A DNA stretch of 40,171 bases from a virus, in UHGV virus genome UHGV-0154679; one strand, 5' to 3'. A program made the position numbers and the translations under genes. Every line of letters starts with the position of its first letter. The first letter of the stretch is position 1. Below are positions 30,533-40,016 of this stretch, piece after piece. Below the pieces are notes generated by a model. The model made no database searches. It worked only from the letters and a program-made list of their open reading frames with translations, and was not told the DNA's origin.

Positions 30533-31619
30533 TCGTATACAGAATGAATCTGCCTGGTTAGCACTGATAGAACGGTATAAAGACAATTGGGAACTGGCAG
30601 CAAAAGAGTTGCTTGATATTGAGTTAACACCTCATCAAGCAAAAATTATTAACGCGATAAAGAACACCGGAGCCAAAGTCACTGCCACCACACCACATGG
30701 TATTGGGGAAACCTCTATTGTGGCAGTGATTAGCATCCTGCAAACAATACTGTATTCGTGTTCCCGTACAGTGGTTGTTTCTCCTGCGATTAACGATAGT
30801 CGAAAAACAATAATTGACTATATGTTCCGTTATTGGGAGCGAGTTACCCAAAAACACCCTTTTCTTGGCAATTATTTCAGAATACACCCTGACAAAGGGT
30901 TGGTGCATATCAGTGAAACATGGGGATGCGTCTATATAACCTATTGTCTGAATAACGAAGAGTCTCTGGCTGGTTTTACTGGACCGCACGATCTTTTCAT
31001 CGTTATTAACTCGGCGGAAATCAGCGATCGCGCTCATGCAGTGATAACTGGCAATTTAACCAATTATGACTCGCGCCTGCTGTTGCTGTCGAAACCATCG
31101 GAACGCGAGAAAGGGTACTTTTATGATTCGCATCACCGGTTGGCCCATAGTAAAAACAATCCTGCTGGTTTTTTCACGGCGATAACTCTAAACACAGAGG
31201 ATTCACCTCTCGTTTCTGAAGCATATCTTGAATTCAAAGCCAAAGAGTTTGGTGGGCGCAATAGCGATGAATATCGCCGATTGATCTTGGGGAAATTTCC
31301 CGGGATTCGGGAGTTGATGGAAAAGTCATCTGTTCCCCGTAATATGCACTTCACAATGACTGACGGTAGTAAATGGGTAGTGCCTACGATCGTGATCGCC
31401 AAACACCATGCGAAACATCACGCTCAAAAACACAACTCCAGCACATTAGACTGGCTGAAGGCCTATACAATACCGTTATTCTCGGCAAACCATAACGCTA
31501 TAGCTGAATGGGCTAAACAAATCCCCTGGCAGGATGTGGCTGAAGAGGCATTTGTCGAAAAACCACCAAGAGATTTGCACGAGCACTGTTGGCTGACATC
31601 AGAAAAAAGCTTCTCGTGA
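30525..31619 (+). CDS. PacB-paralogous protein: terminase ATPase-like domain with degenerate Walker motifs (364 aa)
   Basis: Collinear with PacB residues about 10-260 in this window (DNWELAAKEL vs [10 protein letters not shown]; RLLLLSKPSEREKGYFYDSHHRLA vs [23 protein letters not shown]; FFTAITLNTEDSPLV vs [15 protein letters not shown]); Walker A is HGIGETS (Lys to Glu) and Walker B is FIVINSAE (DE to NS); no nuclease-domain counterpart. Confidence 0.7.
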   Translation: MINRIQNESAWLALIERYKDNWELAAKELLDIELTPHQAKIINAIKNTGAKVTATTPHGIGETSIVAVISILQTILYSCSRTVVVSPAINDSRKTIIDYMFRYWERVTQKHPFLGNYFRIHPDKGLVHISETWGCVYITYCLNNEESLAGFTGPHDLFIVINSAEISDRAHAVITGNLTNYDSRLLLLSKPSEREKGYFYDSHHRLAHSKNNPAGFFTAITLNTEDSPLVSEAYLEFKAKEFGGRNSDEYRRLILGKFPGIRELMEKSSVPRNMHFTMTDGSKWVVPTIVIAKHHAKHHAQKHNSSTLDWLKAYTIPLFSANHNAIAEWAKQIPWQDVAEEAFVEKPPRDLHEHCWLTSEKSFS

Positions 31620-31624
31620 GGTAA

Positions 31625-31648
31625 AAATCCCGCCGATTGGCGGGATTT
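31625..31648. terminator. 10-bp stem hairpin AAATCCCGCC-GATT-GGCGGGATTT between convergent genes
   Basis: A-run upstream and T-rich downstream on both strands. Confidence 0.5.
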
Positions 31649-31650
31649 CT

Positions 31651-31959
31651 TCAATATACGATCTGGTCTACATGATCACCAAAATCATCGTCGTCGTCCT
31701 CATCGCCACCATCTACTGCTGGCCAATCAACAAACCAGCCAGCGTAAAGATGCAGCGTTCGGAGAACATCACTTGCGGGAGCATCAAGGGTGTTAACGAA
31801 TCCCATATAGCTATTGGGATTTGCCCCAGCTATGGCTTCAGCGATCATGTCCTCGGTAATGTCACCGGAGATAATGCTTAAACGCCCGGAAACTTCTTCA
31901 TTATCATCAAATTCGATAATGGCATCTCCGCCTAATGGCGCTGCGATTTTAATCTGCAT
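31651..31959 (-). CDS. Hypothetical acidic protein at the distal end of the darA operon (102 aa)
   Basis: Minus-strand ORF overlapping the ddrB stop; Asp-rich C-terminus. Confidence 0.4.
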   Translation of the reverse strand: MQIKIAAPLGGDAIIEFDDNEEVSGRLSIISGDITEDMIAEAIAGANPNSYMGFVNTLDAPASDVLRTLHLYAGWFVDWPAVDGGDEDDDDDFGDHVDQIVY

Positions 31960-34936
31960 TATTTAGCTCCTTTGCCACACCTAATAACAGTTCCAGCAAT
32001 CCGTCACCATTCATCAGTGATGCGGCAGCGGCCTCTTTGTCATGATACAACTGAAGAGCCATAGAGAATACTTCCGTTGCTGACGTTTTGGAAATAGTCG
32101 GTGATTTCTGCCGAATTTTCCCGGTGTTACTTACTGAGGCTGGCGGGTATACCTTCGCCATATAAATATTACTCAATCGAGATCTGAAGCACCATTCAGG
32201 CTTGCCACGCCCACCGATATTGACGAAAGATGGCTTATCCCCTTCAACATTGGCCTTCAGGAATGACCGGGCTTTCTCTAACAAACCAGGGTTACTGTAC
32301 TCAAGATGATGACCCAGCTCGTGCCACAGTGCACTTGCATTTTCATCGTTCAAATTGACAGCAACAACACCATTTAGATTTGCATATGCCCTTCCCTGGT
32401 GGTGAACCACTTTTGATAAGGTCGATATTTTCCCGCCGGTCAGGCGATAAATATCAGCAAGTTCCTTGCGCAGGTCTATCCCACCATTCTGTCCAGCGCG
32501 GGCTTCTTCCACTTCTTCCGTGATAAAAGAGTCGGCCCACTCAAGAGCTTTTTCTTCAGATACGGATGAGTTTGCGATCGCACTGTTCATGGCAGATAAC
32601 ACTTTCTCGTGGACCGAACCCATACTTCGCTGATTCATTTGCCAGCGTGTCTGCGGGTTATATGAGAATCGCTTAAGTAGTTGGTCAAGCTGCTCAAGTT
32701 CTTCTTCACTGACATACTTTTTAGCCTCACCAATAATGCCAGGGAGAATATTGCCGTTAGGATTAAACGCTCGCGACAGGAAGAGTTTCAGCGCCCCCAT
32801 GCCCTCCGATGCTTCAATATCACCAATAACCCGGTTAACAATGGCCGCACTCTTCGGATTAGCATCCGCCAACGCTCTGGCTACGATTTGCAGGGACGAT
32901 ACGACCTCACGCTGCATATCAGTCCTGATCTCATCAATAAACTCTGGCGTTATGCCGTGCTCTTTAAGGATATCCCGGCCTTCCGCCGTTACCCCATCGA
33001 TATCACCGACATGTTTATTAACACGACTTTGCAATGCCTTAAATGCCTTCAGAATTCCACGGGCATCATCCGCTTTACTAACGGCCTTCCTGAATGCTGG
33101 CAAGAAGTCTGAGTTAACCTCATTTTGTTGATCGGCCCACTGAATGGAGGCTTCTTTCATCTCGTCCAGAGTCAGATCACCCAACGCGGTATGGTCTGTG
33201 AATATGAGCGACAACCTCTGAACCATTTCTGCCAATGGTGATGCCGAATGCGCCGCGCTAAGGAATGCTTTCACCCTGGTTGGGCGAATGGAAAACCAGT
33301 CAATAGCTGGTGGCATATCTCCGTTTTTTATCGCCTGCGCTATCTCGTCAAAGCCATCGCGCCCAAGGGAGGATGCGTGATTTAACAAGCCGCGAAGTAA
33401 CGAATTGCTGATACCGAATAATCGGCACCATTTTTTCACGTCGGCAACAGGCATTCGAACAAAATGCGCAAGCACTTGTACAAGCTGTTCATCCTGGGGA
33501 TCTGTGCGGGAAAGCAGCCTGATCAGATGAATAATGTCTTTGATGCCGGATGCCCGATGTAATAGCAAACTGGTATACGGAGCAACACCGTTGTAACTAC
33601 CGCCGGAAACGGACTCGAAAAGACCGCCGGATATCCCTTGCATGCCTTCGTTTTCCAGTTCCTGAGACACCTGGCGAAGGATATCCTGTAACGACACATC
33701 GCCGCCGCCAAACATATCCCCCAGCGCCTGGCCCTGGTGCTGTAACTCATCATTGATACGTTGAGCCATCAACTTAAAGGCGGTGGCCATACGCTTCGCG
33801 CTACGGTTATTCGCGACGATGAACAACGCGAGTGCTTTCACTTCCGGGGCCGTTTCGCTGAACATATCCCCCTGAGCAATAACATCGGTAATATGCTGGC
33901 CTGACTCCTTCGATTGCCTTACCAGGTCTACCGCATCTTTCAATGCCTCCAGCGCCTTTTTATCGAGGCTATCCGCTGTCTCAATGCCATCAACAATAGT
34001 TGTCACAGCCTGCTTGTGCGCTTCTCCTGATAAAGCCTGCATCTGGACAAAATCATTGGCTGCCGCATTAAGCGCCGTCAGAACATTACGCATATCCGGA
34101 TCAGGTTCTTCTGCAACCATCCTTACCAGGCGCGCATCCTTATATGCCTTGGCAAAGATCGCGTTTTGTATACGGTCAACAAGTTGCCGTGTTGGTCGCC
34201 CATCTTCCGTTACAAGGCCAGCAGCCTGTGTGGCACCAACTTGCGTCATGAATCCGCGAATAAACGCGTCATTACTGCGGCTAAGCAGATCTCCGCTTTC
34301 TGATGGGTTAAACAGCGCCATCATCGCCGGAGTTATGCTGTCGGCATCAACAAAAGCCTTTTCACTGGCTGCCATTTCCTGGAGATCAGAAATATTTGAG
34401 TCCTTGGCAAACTGAACACGGTCAACCTTCGTTAACCGGCGGCGCACCAGTACCGGAGCCGTCATTGATTCAACCTTTTCAGGCCGTATGCCGAATTCGG
34501 TCGCATGTTCAATCAGGTACTCCCGATACCGATCCGCATTACCGTCCTGATAGGCTTTAATGATCCCCATGGTCCGCCCATTACCTGACTCAACGGCATT
34601 GTCCTCACCAATTATTGGCGCACCATGGCTGGATAAACCGGAATCAGTAAGCTGAGCTGGCCGCAAATCTTTGGATATCTGGTTAACCTGAAGAAGGCTG
34701 GATGCGCGGGTCCGGTCGCGCGGCTGAAGTTCCTGGGGATAGTCAGGATTAATTTTCCCATCCAGAGTATTGGATACCAAAAGAGCTGAGGCATCGACGA
34801 TATCAAACGCTGTTTTTACCTCGTCTCCCTTCGCTGTCACCACATACGAAACCCGCCCATAATCGGGCAGGTTCTTTAGCAGCTCGATCAGCGTTTCTAT
34901 GCTGGTGGCCATTACCACCTGATCGCTTAAGCTCAT
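31949..34936 (-). CDS. ddrB: DdrB-like large protein with HExxH motif (995 aa)
   Basis: Position after darA-ddrA; contains WHELGHHLEY near the C-terminus. Confidence 0.6.
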   Translation of the reverse strand: MSLSDQVVMATSIETLIELLKNLPDYGRVSYVVTAKGDEVKTAFDIVDASALLVSNTLDGKINPDYPQELQPRDRTRASSLLQVNQISKDLRPAQLTDSGLSSHGAPIIGEDNAVESGNGRTMGIIKAYQDGNADRYREYLIEHATEFGIRPEKVESMTAPVLVRRRLTKVDRVQFAKDSNISDLQEMAASEKAFVDADSITPAMMALFNPSESGDLLSRSNDAFIRGFMTQVGATQAAGLVTEDGRPTRQLVDRIQNAIFAKAYKDARLVRMVAEEPDPDMRNVLTALNAAANDFVQMQALSGEAHKQAVTTIVDGIETADSLDKKALEALKDAVDLVRQSKESGQHITDVIAQGDMFSETAPEVKALALFIVANNRSAKRMATAFKLMAQRINDELQHQGQALGDMFGGGDVSLQDILRQVSQELENEGMQGISGGLFESVSGGSYNGVAPYTSLLLHRASGIKDIIHLIRLLSRTDPQDEQLVQVLAHFVRMPVADVKKWCRLFGISNSLLRGLLNHASSLGRDGFDEIAQAIKNGDMPPAIDWFSIRPTRVKAFLSAAHSASPLAEMVQRLSLIFTDHTALGDLTLDEMKEASIQWADQQNEVNSDFLPAFRKAVSKADDARGILKAFKALQSRVNKHVGDIDGVTAEGRDILKEHGITPEFIDEIRTDMQREVVSSLQIVARALADANPKSAAIVNRVIGDIEASEGMGALKLFLSRAFNPNGNILPGIIGEAKKYVSEEELEQLDQLLKRFSYNPQTRWQMNQRSMGSVHEKVLSAMNSAIANSSVSEEKALEWADSFITEEVEEARAGQNGGIDLRKELADIYRLTGGKISTLSKVVHHQGRAYANLNGVVAVNLNDENASALWHELGHHLEYSNPGLLEKARSFLKANVEGDKPSFVNIGGRGKPEWCFRSRLSNIYMAKVYPPASVSNTGKIRQKSPTISKTSATEVFSMALQLYHDKEAAAASLMNGDGLLELLLGVAKELNNAD

Positions 34937-34948
34937 CCCTGTTACGCC

Positions 34949-35314
34949 TTATGCTGCCTCTTTAATGTTGGCGGCTATCCATGCCGCAGTGTGCTGTTTA
35001 ACCTGGTCCAGGTCGATGTATGTGCCAACATATTGACTCAAATCCTGCAAGGTACCGATAAATGCATCGGTGCTCTGATCGACGAATTTATCAGCCAGGA
35101 AATCAGCAACCAGTTTTGGCACACCATCATGTTCCGAAGGTTGTTTTTCCTCGCCACTACCACCGCCGGACGCGCCGTACCCCATCTGTTGCATGATCTG
35201 GTCAATTTCATCGCTGATATCCAGCAACTCCATGCCACTCGCGGTAGCCGCTTTGGACATCAGAGCATCCAACTTATCGCTGAGATCCATTAACTCAATA
35301 GCTGATAGTGTCAT
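34949..35314 (-). CDS. ddrA: DdrA-like small acidic protein (121 aa)
   Basis: ATGA-coupled downstream of darA; name by synteny. Confidence 0.55.
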   Translation of the reverse strand: MTLSAIELMDLSDKLDALMSKAATASGMELLDISDEIDQIMQQMGYGASGGGSGEEKQPSEHDGVPKLVADFLADKFVDQSTDAFIGTLQDLSQYVGTYIDLDQVKQHTAAWIAANIKEAA

Positions 35315-37230
35315 GCCGCTACCCCCGCTTTCTGGATTGCTACCAACAGATCAGCCAGGTGGCGAGCTGCGCCGTTAACCAGCTCTTCGTTTTCCTCAAA
35401 ACGTCCGGCAGCCTGAAGGGCTGCAATCGCTTCCCGGACATTGCCCCGGGCGTTACGGATCTCCGCCATGTCAGTGCTTTGTATATCCATCACGTTATTG
35501 AGATATTCAATGGCTTTATTAGCCTCTGCATCTGCTTCGCTAACCGTTTCATCAGGCTGTGCCGGGGCCGGTTCTGGCTGAGGAATCTCACCGACTTCGG
35601 CCTGCAATGCATTGATCATGCTCTGCACCATTTTCTCGGTGCCAGCGCCCCCAGGAAACGCAATATTGGGGAAAGTTTTTTGAAACTGAGTTTTCAGCAT
35701 TACGCGGAACTCGTCTGGTGAGCTGGTGGCCAGCTCCAGAGCTTTTTGTGCATATTTGCCAAACGGACCATTAGTAAGTGTCTTCGCCAGGAAGTCGAAA
35801 GAATCCTCGCGAGGCAATAACTTCAGGTCGTACTCACTCATTTGCTGATCAGAAAGCGGGGTATCGTAAGTAGCAATGCCGTAGCGTGCATATTCATAAT
35901 ACGGGTCACCTTCATCAGGGCGCGGCAGAATTGCTTTGTTACCTTCAGGTATTGCGCCAGGGGCCGCCGGACGCATTTGCAGGGCATATCGATATGCACC
36001 TACAGAGACTTCTGGTTCAGGCGAAGAGCTACCGGCATCCTCCGCTGGTTCAGGTTCGACGTTTTCCGGTTTATGTTCTTCTGGTTGGACCAGGTATTCC
36101 GATACATTACCCGCTTTATAGGCTTTAAACAGCTTGCCGATCGCATCTGCCATGTCCACACCCTGTATGGATTTAGCCTTGATCATGTATACGCTGCCAT
36201 CCGGATCGGTTAACTGGATATACCCTTCGCCGCCCCCAATGAATTGCTTCATTGATGCACCATTACTGAGCGTCACTTCCCCGTCCATATGCATACGATT
36301 TTTGATACTGGCAAGGCGATCCGTCAGCGCGCGAGAGTGCCCACCAGTCATCCCCGCTGGAGCAATGGTATCGCGCCCACCAGTGCGATTGAGCTGATCA
36401 ATCTCCGTCTGCAAACGCTCATTCTCTTCATAAAGAGAATCCGCTTCCGATGCAACAGCGTTAATTTTCTGCTCCAGATCTGCCTTCTGCCCTTCTACCG
36501 CTGCCACCTGATCCGCGAGGTCGCTCATGGCATCCTCTTTCTGGTCACTGTCAGCCTGTAGTTGGGTTATTTCATCAACAAGGGCTTTTTTCTTCTTCTG
36601 CGCACGCTGGAATTTTGCCGAGTTTTTCTCTGCAAGGTTGGCAAGTTTCATGGTGACCTGCGCCAGCGTCATATCACGTCCACTCATCGGAGCAACGGTG
36701 TGAGTAACGTCTTTTTTATTCAGTAAGAACTGGAAAGCAACCAGCGTATCGCTATTGGTGATCCGGTTTTCCGCTGTCGGGCTATGAAACAGAATGCTGA
36801 TAGTCTGACCATCACTGAGCGGAATAATGGCTGGCAAGACCGGCAGCCCGTTAACGTTACGTGCCCGGCCAATTTCAGCGCCGCCGATCGCGCGCGCGCC
36901 GCTCTGGGCCACATCCCCCGTTTTATCACTCCCCGCAGAGATTCCGGTACCATTCAGCTTCTGGTTCAATGCCCGGACAAATGCCTGCATGGTCCGGTGT
37001 AACTGCAAACGAGTAGAACTAATCGCCTCCAGTAAATCCGTAGCACACCAGTGGATCGGCGTGTCATAGAAGAACGTAGCCTCGATTTCCTCCAGGGTGT
37101 TGGATTCCGTCATCAGATAGCGGTCCTCACCGGCCATTAATGCGCGATATTCATCATCAGTCACTGGCGGGGGAAGCACGTCAAGCCCAGGCTTGATCGT
37201 CACCCCTTTATTGATATTGAACTGTTCCAT
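35311..37230 (-). CDS. darA: DarA, antirestriction head protein (639 aa)
   Basis: 639-aa ORF in the lydA-lydB-hdf-darA-ddrA-ddrB arrangement; size matches my recollection of P1 DarA. Confidence 0.7.
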   Translation of the reverse strand: MEQFNINKGVTIKPGLDVLPPPVTDDEYRALMAGEDRYLMTESNTLEEIEATFFYDTPIHWCATDLLEAISSTRLQLHRTMQAFVRALNQKLNGTGISAGSDKTGDVAQSGARAIGGAEIGRARNVNGLPVLPAIIPLSDGQTISILFHSPTAENRITNSDTLVAFQFLLNKKDVTHTVAPMSGRDMTLAQVTMKLANLAEKNSAKFQRAQKKKKALVDEITQLQADSDQKEDAMSDLADQVAAVEGQKADLEQKINAVASEADSLYEENERLQTEIDQLNRTGGRDTIAPAGMTGGHSRALTDRLASIKNRMHMDGEVTLSNGASMKQFIGGGEGYIQLTDPDGSVYMIKAKSIQGVDMADAIGKLFKAYKAGNVSEYLVQPEEHKPENVEPEPAEDAGSSSPEPEVSVGAYRYALQMRPAAPGAIPEGNKAILPRPDEGDPYYEYARYGIATYDTPLSDQQMSEYDLKLLPREDSFDFLAKTLTNGPFGKYAQKALELATSSPDEFRVMLKTQFQKTFPNIAFPGGAGTEKMVQSMINALQAEVGEIPQPEPAPAQPDETVSEADAEANKAIEYLNNVMDIQSTDMAEIRNARGNVREAIAALQAAGRFEENEELVNGAARHLADLLVAIQKAGVAA

Positions 37231-37231
37231 G

Positions 37232-37843
37232 TTAATTTCCTGCTTTCAGTTGCTTAAGACGGCGTTTGAGTTCGCCATTTCGGGCCTTTTCGTTATTGAG
37301 TCGGCCTGTCTCCTTATCCAGCTTCGCCCGCAAATCAGTGATCTGCTGTTGATTGAAAGACACCGAGTTCTGCGCTGATTTATAAGCGGCAACCACCTGA
37401 GCATTCCGCTGTTTTGCCTCTTGCAGGCGCTGAAAGTTGGATTTTACTGCCGGTTTCTTGTCTACCGGATTGGCAACACGTTTCGCTTTGGCGATCAGTG
37501 ATTTCTGGAATTTTGCGGAGTTTTTGCGGGCCGCTTGCCCCATGACGGTACCAAGCGTCTTGATATCCGGCGACTGAGCGTTAGGAATAGCTTTTCCATT
37601 CAGCCTCACAGACGATATATCGCCAGTATCGTTTACCTGTATGGCAAGAATTTGTCCGTCGTTAAGAACCAGCTTTGCGGTTTTAACTTTAACGCCATCT
37701 TTCGTTGTTGCGCGGTTGCTGGAGTCAACCTCAATTACCGTAACACCGGTTTTATTGATCGCCGCGATAAGGGATTTCAGCCCCTTTTCATTAACCTGGT
37801 CAAAATCGACCGTTGCATACTTATTTTTCGTCATCTGACACAT
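37232..37843 (-). CDS. hdf: Hdf-like protein (203 aa)
   Basis: Immediately upstream of darA in the same operon; basic coiled-coil C-terminus. Confidence 0.5.
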   Translation of the reverse strand: MCQMTKNKYATVDFDQVNEKGLKSLIAAINKTGVTVIEVDSSNRATTKDGVKVKTAKLVLNDGQILAIQVNDTGDISSVRLNGKAIPNAQSPDIKTLGTVMGQAARKNSAKFQKSLIAKAKRVANPVDKKPAVKSNFQRLQEAKQRNAQVVAAYKSAQNSVSFNQQQITDLRAKLDKETGRLNNEKARNGELKRRLKQLKAGN

Positions 37844-38264
37844 CCTGTGCGAGATTTATTACGTAACTTCTGCGGATTTGCTGAGTAACAGGGAAAATCC
37901 GATACAACGGGTTAATGAACGAGTCGCCATGCGTAACCATGACGTTGAAATGCCACAGTCGCTCTCCTTTACCCATATATTCAGTGGGTATGTACAACCA
38001 TTCACTGTTTTCGCCCTGTTCAGCCGACGTCAAACAACGTTGTTCGCCTTCAATCACTGTCGTCGGCTTCTGAACATCGCGGATCCAATATCTGACCGTT
38101 GCGCCGCGCAAAAACGGGAATTTAGACCGGTATTTGAACGGCACCCGGATGAAACCCGGTTTAATTTCCACATCACCAAGTTCTAAATGCGTGATGTCCT
38201 TGCGTTTTAGCAAATAGCGATCGGCTAAAGCTAACGCAAGAACGCATACACCCCAGCCAATCAT
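37821..38264 (-). CDS. lydB: LydB-like antiholin (147 aa)
   Basis: Follows the holin-like ORF; overlapping stop/start. Confidence 0.55.
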   Translation of the reverse strand: MIGWGVCVLALALADRYLLKRKDITHLELGDVEIKPGFIRVPFKYRSKFPFLRGATVRYWIRDVQKPTTVIEGEQRCLTSAEQGENSEWLYIPTEYMGKGERLWHFNVMVTHGDSFINPLYRIFPVTQQIRRSYVINLAQDVSDDEK

Positions 38265-38590
38265 TTCCCGCCTCCCTTTTTCACCAAACTTGTAAGAACA
38301 TTCAGAATGCTATCGATATTCACTCGTTTCATCCCTGAAATCACCTCATGACCGTTATTGCTGGCTATCGTTACCATTAAGTACGTAATTGATAACTCCC
38401 AGCCCTCGTGTTGCCCCAATAGGTACGCCACCGCGCCAGCTGTCACTGCAACAAAGATCTCCGTAACCAATCCCAACAAATTGCCAGACTGGCGACCGTC
38501 TCGGACATCCATCAGGAACGTGCCTATCCCACCAATTACTGAAAGCAGGAGCGCAATAGCAACTGGAGCTAATTCCTGTGTGTCAAGCAC
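38261..38590 (-). CDS. lydA: LydA-like holin (109 aa)
   Basis: Two or three predicted TM helices and charged C-terminus KKGGGK; coupled to lydB. Confidence 0.6.
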   Translation of the reverse strand: MLDTQELAPVAIALLLSVIGGIGTFLMDVRDGRQSGNLLGLVTEIFVAVTAGAVAYLLGQHEGWELSITYLMVTIASNNGHEVISGMKRVNIDSILNVLTSLVKKGGGK

Positions 38591-38664
38591 AAGTTCCCTC
38601 CTACGTTGTCAGGAGGTAATGGTATGCAAAGTAACTTCTCAACCGGTTATGTTGCATAAGAGAC

Positions 38665-38928
38665 TTATCTATTCAACCGACTTTTGGAACCTTCAATAAT
38701 AAGCCTGCTATTGGCGCTGAAAATAAGAACCATGCAGCTCTGAAGGCTTTCATTCATGTCCTTATATTCCGCGAGATACATGCCAATAAAGCCAGCAAGT
38801 ACGGCGGAAATACATTCGGCCAGCAATTTCTTGCATGAAGACTCGTAACGGTTTTCACATAGCCCACTCAAATACGAATACACCCCACCAAGAAGGGATA
38901 ACATCACGATATGTACATAAAATGTCAT
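38665..38928 (-). CDS. Small membrane protein at the head of the lyd/darA operon (87 aa)
   Basis: Hydrophobic ORF first in the minus-strand operon. Confidence 0.35.
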   Translation of the reverse strand: MTFYVHIVMLSLLGGVYSYLSGLCENRYESSCKKLLAECISAVLAGFIGMYLAEYKDMNESLQSCMVLIFSANSRLIIEGSKSRLNR

Positions 38929-39221
38929 TTTTTACCTATACAACAGTAAGTTGAACAACATTTGAGAACGGTATGCACTTTGTGATTTCCACACACACTG
39001 GTTTTGTTAATTAAAACCTGTAGCTTGCAATAAATAACGATAGTGGGCAGAAAATATGCTAATAGGCTATGTACGCATATAGACAAATGAACAAAACACA
39101 GCTATGCAGTGAAAAGCACTTGAAAGCGCAGGATGTGAGCTAATTTTTGCGAATAAGGCGAGCAGCAAAAAAGCTGGGCACCCTGGGTTAAAAAAGGTTC
39201 TGCGTATGCTTTCCAGAGGTG

Positions 39222-39241
39222 ATACCCTAGTCTCGGACTAG
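39222..39241. other. Hairpin CCCTAGTC-TCGG-GACTAGGG in the cin/lyd intergenic region
   Basis: Perfect 8-bp stem with tetraloop; no adjacent U-tract. Confidence 0.4.
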
Positions 39242-39363
39242 GGACAACATTTCGAGAACAGTTTTCATTAGCGGCCAGCAGGCGCTAGATACATCGAATT
39301 GATGTGCCGCGCGATAAATGTACCTATTCTATCAAGATAAATTACACCGACGCGGCATTAGAA

Positions 39364-39936
39364 TTACAGCTCAGATTGAGTTTGGCGCTTCTCTACAGGA
39401 TGATAACGATAAATCGTCGATACACCGATATCGTAAATAATTGCCAACTGTTTCCTGCTGTAGCCATTTTCGATCAACCTCGCTATTTGCTCATGTTGTT
39501 CTTTTGTCAACTTCGGGCGACGTCCGCCAATGCGTCCCTGTTCGCGTGCAGCTGCCAGTCCGGCCAGTGTTCTCTCAACAATTAATTCACGTTCCATTTC
39601 TGCTAAAGCCCCCATGACGTGAAAAAAGAAACGCCCCATGGGTGTTGATGTGTCAATACTGTCTGTCAGACTACGGAAATTAACACCTTTTTCCCGCAAC
39701 TCCTCTATAAGCGTGATAAGGTGTTTCATACTTCTGCCAAGCCTATCCAGCTTCCAGACAACCAGCGTATCTCCTTCTGATAACGTTCTGAGCAGCTTTT
39801 TCAAGCCTGGTCTGGCTGACTTTGTTCCGCTTATTTTATCTTCAAAAATCAGTTCACATCCTGCGCAGTTCAGTGCATTTCTTTGTAAATCTGTGTTTTG
39901 GTCATTTGTTGACACACGAATGTAGCCAATTTGCAT
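39364..39936 (-). CDS. cin: Cin serine DNA invertase (Hin/Gin/Cin family)
   Basis: MQIGYIRVSTNDQNTDLQRNAL...VVWKLDRLGRSMKHLI...MGRFFFHVMGALAEMERELIVERT matches the invertase family; start placed at the MQIGY Met (track ORF starts 3 codons upstream). Confidence 0.9.
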   Translation of the reverse strand: MQIGYIRVSTNDQNTDLQRNALNCAGCELIFEDKISGTKSARPGLKKLLRTLSEGDTLVVWKLDRLGRSMKHLITLIEELREKGVNFRSLTDSIDTSTPMGRFFFHVMGALAEMERELIVERTLAGLAAAREQGRIGGRRPKLTKEQHEQIARLIENGYSRKQLAIIYDIGVSTIYRYHPVEKRQTQSEL

Positions 39937-39990
39937 GAAAAACAACCTCTTTGTTTAGTTAAAAATACATCGTTGGTATAGGTAGGGATT

Positions 39991-40016
39991 AAGACTAAAA
40001 CGTTGGTTTGGGGGAA
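39991..40016. other. Candidate cix crossover site for Cin
   Basis: 26-bp element with AAAC/GTTT half-site symmetry around a central AA/TT, 55 bp upstream of cin, exactly where a tail-fibre reading frame opens. Confidence 0.45.

Noticed and set aside
31949-37230. Plus-strand ORFs embedded in ddrB and darA (for example 32681-33112, 33984-34415, 35842-36213).
   Set aside because: Antisense to long, contiguous minus-strand genes in a conserved operon; no independent support.
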